Source: Nibricoccus sp.
Lineage (GTDB): Bacteria; Verrucomicrobiota; Verrucomicrobiia; Opitutales; Opitutaceae
NCBI GenBank assembly: GCA_047602425.1
Contig: JASGHG010000001.1
Location: 4,640,001-4,704,000 of the forward strand
Length of the DNA: 64,000 nt
Reading direction: 5' to 3'
Shown here: one piece after another, positions 61,192 to 64,000 of the stretch
Layout: every line of letters begins with the position of its first letter
How positions within the stretch are numbered: position 1 is the stretch's first letter
Translations under genes and position numbers: made by a program
The notes under the pieces: generated by a model
What the model saw: only the letters and a program-made list of their open reading frames with translations
Told to the model about the DNA's origin: nothing
Database searches by the model: none

Positions 61192-61411
61192 GCAGTCCGC
61201 AAGAGAACGCGGCGGAGTTCCCATGCGGGAGGTGAAATTCCTAGGTTTTTGGGCCGTACAATACGTATTTTCCACATGACTTTGAGAGGAAGACGAAGCC
61301 CAGCATAGGGAATTTTCCCATACGTGACAAAAAACACTCCCGGATGGTTGCGATTAGCGCGGGCATGGGTGAATTCCGCGGCATATTCCCCATCCTCCGG
61401 CGGGAAAATTT

Positions 61412-64000
61412 ATGATTACCACCAATGCCAAAGCGACGAAATCAGCAAAGCGCAAGCGTGCCGTCGCTGCGGACGAAGGCTTCACGCGGGACCTTATCGA
61501 TACGTTGAGTGCAGTTGAGAATGGCGATTTTTCCGCGCGGATGGCCTCCGATTTGAGTGGCCCGGAAGGCAAAGTCGCCGATCGCGTCAACGCCATCGCG
61601 TCGCGCCTGGAACGTTTCAACAAGAGCCTTCTCCGGTTGCGAAAACGAGTCGGTGAAGAAGGCAAAATCAACGAACGCCTCCCATTGGGTGACAATGTGG
61701 GAAATTGGGCGGAGCGTGTTGAGGCAATCAACGCGCTGGTTGACGAACTTTCACAGCCCACCGTGGATATGGGCCGCGTGATCGGCGCCGTGGCGATGGG
61801 CGATCTTTCGCAAGCCATGCCGCTGGAAGCGCAAGGCCGCTCGCTCCAAGGCGAATACCTGCGGTCTGCGAAATTGGTCAACGGCATGGTGGGACAACTC
61901 CGCGCATTTTCGGTGGAAGTGATTCGTGTGGCTCGTGAAGTCGGTACCGACGGCAAACTCGGCGGCCAGGCGAAGGTCAAAGGTGTTTCCGGGGTTTGGA
62001 AAGAACTAACCGAGTCGGTGAACCAAATGGCCGGCAATCTCACGGCTCAAGTTCGCAACATCGCCGACGTCACCATCGCTGTGGCCAAGGGCGATCTCTC
62101 GCGCAAAATCACGGTCGATGTTCGCGGCGAAATTCTTCAACTGAAGGAAGCCATCAATGTAATGGTGGATCAACTACGCTCGTTCGCGGCGGAAGTGACG
62201 CGCGTGGCCCGCGAAGTCGGCACCGAAGGCAAACTGGGTGGCCAAGCCGTCGTGCCCGGCGTGGCCGGCACATGGAAGGATCTTACGGACTCGGTGAACG
62301 CGATGGCGTCGAACCTTACCGCGCAGGTGCGCAATATCGCCGGCGTGACCACGGCCGTCGCGCGCGGCGATCTTTCGCGCAAAATCACCGTCGACGTGAA
62401 GGGCGAAATCCTGGAGTTGAAGGAAACGATCAACACCATGGTCGACCGTCTCAACGCGTTCGCGTCCGAAGTGAGCCGCGTGGCGCGCGAGGTCGGCACC
62501 GAAGGCAAGCTCGGCGGGCAGGCCGTCGTGCCCGGCGTCGCCGGTACTTGGAAAGATCTTACCGACAATACCAATTTGATGGCCGCGAATCTCACCGGCC
62601 AGGTGCGTAACATCGCCGAAGTAACGACGGCCGTCGCGCGCGGCGACCTCTCGCGCAAGATCACCGTCGACGTGAAGGGCGAAATCCTGGAGCTGAAAGA
62701 CACGATCAACACGATGGTCGATCAACTCAATGGCTTCGCCTCGGAAGTGAGTCGCGTGGCGCGCGAAGTCGGCACCGAGGGAAAACTTGGCGGTCAAGCG
62801 CAAGTCTCCGGCGTCGCCGGTACTTGGAAAGACCTTACCGACAACGTAAACTCGATGGCGAACAACCTGACCGCGCAGGTGCGCAACATCGCCGACGTGA
62901 CCACGGCGGTCGCGCGCGGCGATCTTTCGCGCAAAATCACCGTCGACGTGAAGGGCGAAATCTTGGAGTTGAAAAACACGATCAACACGATGGTCGATCA
63001 GCTCAACGGTTTCGCGGCTGAAGTGACGCGTGTGGCCCGCGAGGTTGGCACCGAAGGTAAACTCGGTGGACAAGCGCTCGTGCTCGGCGTGGCCGGCACG
63101 TGGAAAGATTTGACCGATTCGGTGAACGCGATGGCGACGAACATTACGGCGCAGGTGCGCAACATAGCCGAAGTAACGACCGCTGTCGCTCGCGGCGACC
63201 TCTCGCGCAAAATCACCGTCGATGTGAAAGGCGAAATCTTGGAGCTGAAAAACACGATCAACACCATGGTCGACCAGCTCAATGCCTTCGCCTCCGAAGT
63301 GAGCCGCGTGGCGCGCGAAGTCGGCACCGAGGGCAAACTCGGCGGCCAGGCTCAAGTGCAAGGTGTCGCGGGCACGTGGGAAGATTTGACCGATAACGTG
63401 AATTCGATGGCGAACAACCTGACGACGCAGGTGCGCAACATCGCCGACGTCACCACCGCCGTCGCGCGCGGCGACCTTTCGCGCAAGATCACGGTCGACG
63501 TTCGCGGCGAAATCCTGGAGCTGAAAAACACGATCAACACCATGGTCGACCAGCTGAACGGCTTCGCGTCGGAAGTGAGCCGCGTGGCCCGCGAAGTCGG
63601 TACCGAGGGAATTCTCGGTGGCCAGGCGCAGGTGTCCGGCGTGGCCGGTACTTGGAAAGACCTTACCGACAACGTGAATTCGATGGCGAACAACCTGACG
63701 TCGCAGGTGCGCAACATCGCCGACGTCACCACAGCCGTTGCGCGCGGTGACCTTTCGCGCAAAATTACCGTCGATGTTCGCGGCGAAATTCTACAACTAA
63801 AAGAAACCGTCAATACGATGGTCGAACAGCTCCGCGCGTTCGCATCGGAAGTGACACGCGTCGCGCGCGAAGTCGGCACCGAAGGCAAACTCGGTGGTCA
63901 GGCGATCGTTCCCGGCGTCGCCGGTACGTGGAAGGACTTGACCGACTCCGTCAACGTCATGGTGGTAAACCTCACCGATCAGGTTTCCGGTATTGTGAAA
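61412..64000 (+). CDS. Poly-HAMP signalling protein, probably a hybrid histidine kinase (truncated by window end)
   Basis: Open frame from MITTNAK; 92-aa repeats [61 protein letters not shown]. Confidence 0.92.
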   Translation, partial: MITTNAKATKSAKRKRAVAADEGFTRDLIDTLSAVENGDFSARMASDLSGPEGKVADRVNAIASRLERFNKSLLRLRKRVGEEGKINERLPLGDNVGNWAERVEAINALVDELSQPTVDMGRVIGAVAMGDLSQAMPLEAQGRSLQGEYLRSAKLVNGMVGQLRAFSVEVIRVAREVGTDGKLGGQAKVKGVSGVWKELTESVNQMAGNLTAQVRNIADVTIAVAKGDLSRKITVDVRGEILQLKEAINVMVDQLRSFAAEVTRVAREVGTEGKLGGQAVVPGVAGTWKDLTDSVNAMASNLTAQVRNIAGVTTAVARGDLSRKITVDVKGEILELKETINTMVDRLNAFASEVSRVAREVGTEGKLGGQAVVPGVAGTWKDLTDNTNLMAANLTGQVRNIAEVTTAVARGDLSRKITVDVKGEILELKDTINTMVDQLNGFASEVSRVAREVGTEGKLGGQAQVSGVAGTWKDLTDNVNSMANNLTAQVRNIADVTTAVARGDLSRKITVDVKGEILELKNTINTMVDQLNGFAAEVTRVAREVGTEGKLGGQALVLGVAGTWKDLTDSVNAMATNITAQVRNIAEVTTAVARGDLSRKITVDVKGEILELKNTINTMVDQLNAFASEVSRVAREVGTEGKLGGQAQVQGVAGTWEDLTDNVNSMANNLTTQVRNIADVTTAVARGDLSRKITVDVRGEILELKNTINTMVDQLNGFASEVSRVAREVGTEGILGGQAQVSGVAGTWKDLTDNVNSMANNLTSQVRNIADVTTAVARGDLSRKITVDVRGEILQLKETVNTMVEQLRAFASEVTRVAREVGTEGKLGGQAIVPGVAGTWKDLTDSVNVMVVNLTDQVSGIVK

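Noticed and set aside
61900..64000. Regular DNA repeats as a CRISPR array or non-coding repeat
   Set aside because: The period is 276 bp, in frame, with synonymous variation and no unique spacers: these are coding HAMP repeats

Overview
GC-rich (about 58-60% by eye) bacterial chromosomal segment, most likely Verrucomicrobiota/Opitutaceae (inferred from the very long GreA, SD-poor gene starts and overall gene style). Housekeeping genes: metG, isochorismate synthase, uxaB-uxaA, pgi, ilvD, scpB-pheA, rimO, coaD, pgsA-pgpA, crcB, greA, an RsmB-type methyltransferase, a MacAB-like exporter and tRNA-Ser(TGA). Interspersed accessory material: an intact IS5-family element with a CTAG duplication, a four-helix-bundle gene, a ParB-like gene, a sigma-28-driven chemoreceptor and a KaiC-like ATPase plus hybrid kinase. 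From about 44 kb to the end is a general-stress-type region: di-heme cytochrome c protein, split NHEJ operon (frameshifted DUF72, ligase, Ku, Pol-PE), CHASE/PAS kinase, Ndh-cNMP fusion, split PqiA plus 2-MCE PqiB, PRC-barrel, DUF2934, DUF748 and a poly-HAMP protein running off the window. The two most interesting unexplained signals are (i) dispersed degenerate 7-mer, 9-mer and 6-mer micro-repeat arrays, some forming long hairpins and some inside coding regions (scpB, the four-helix-bundle gene), and (ii) a recurring ~17-bp imperfect palindrome upstream of the stress-type genes that may define an undescribed regulon. All calls come from reading motifs by eye; no searches were run.
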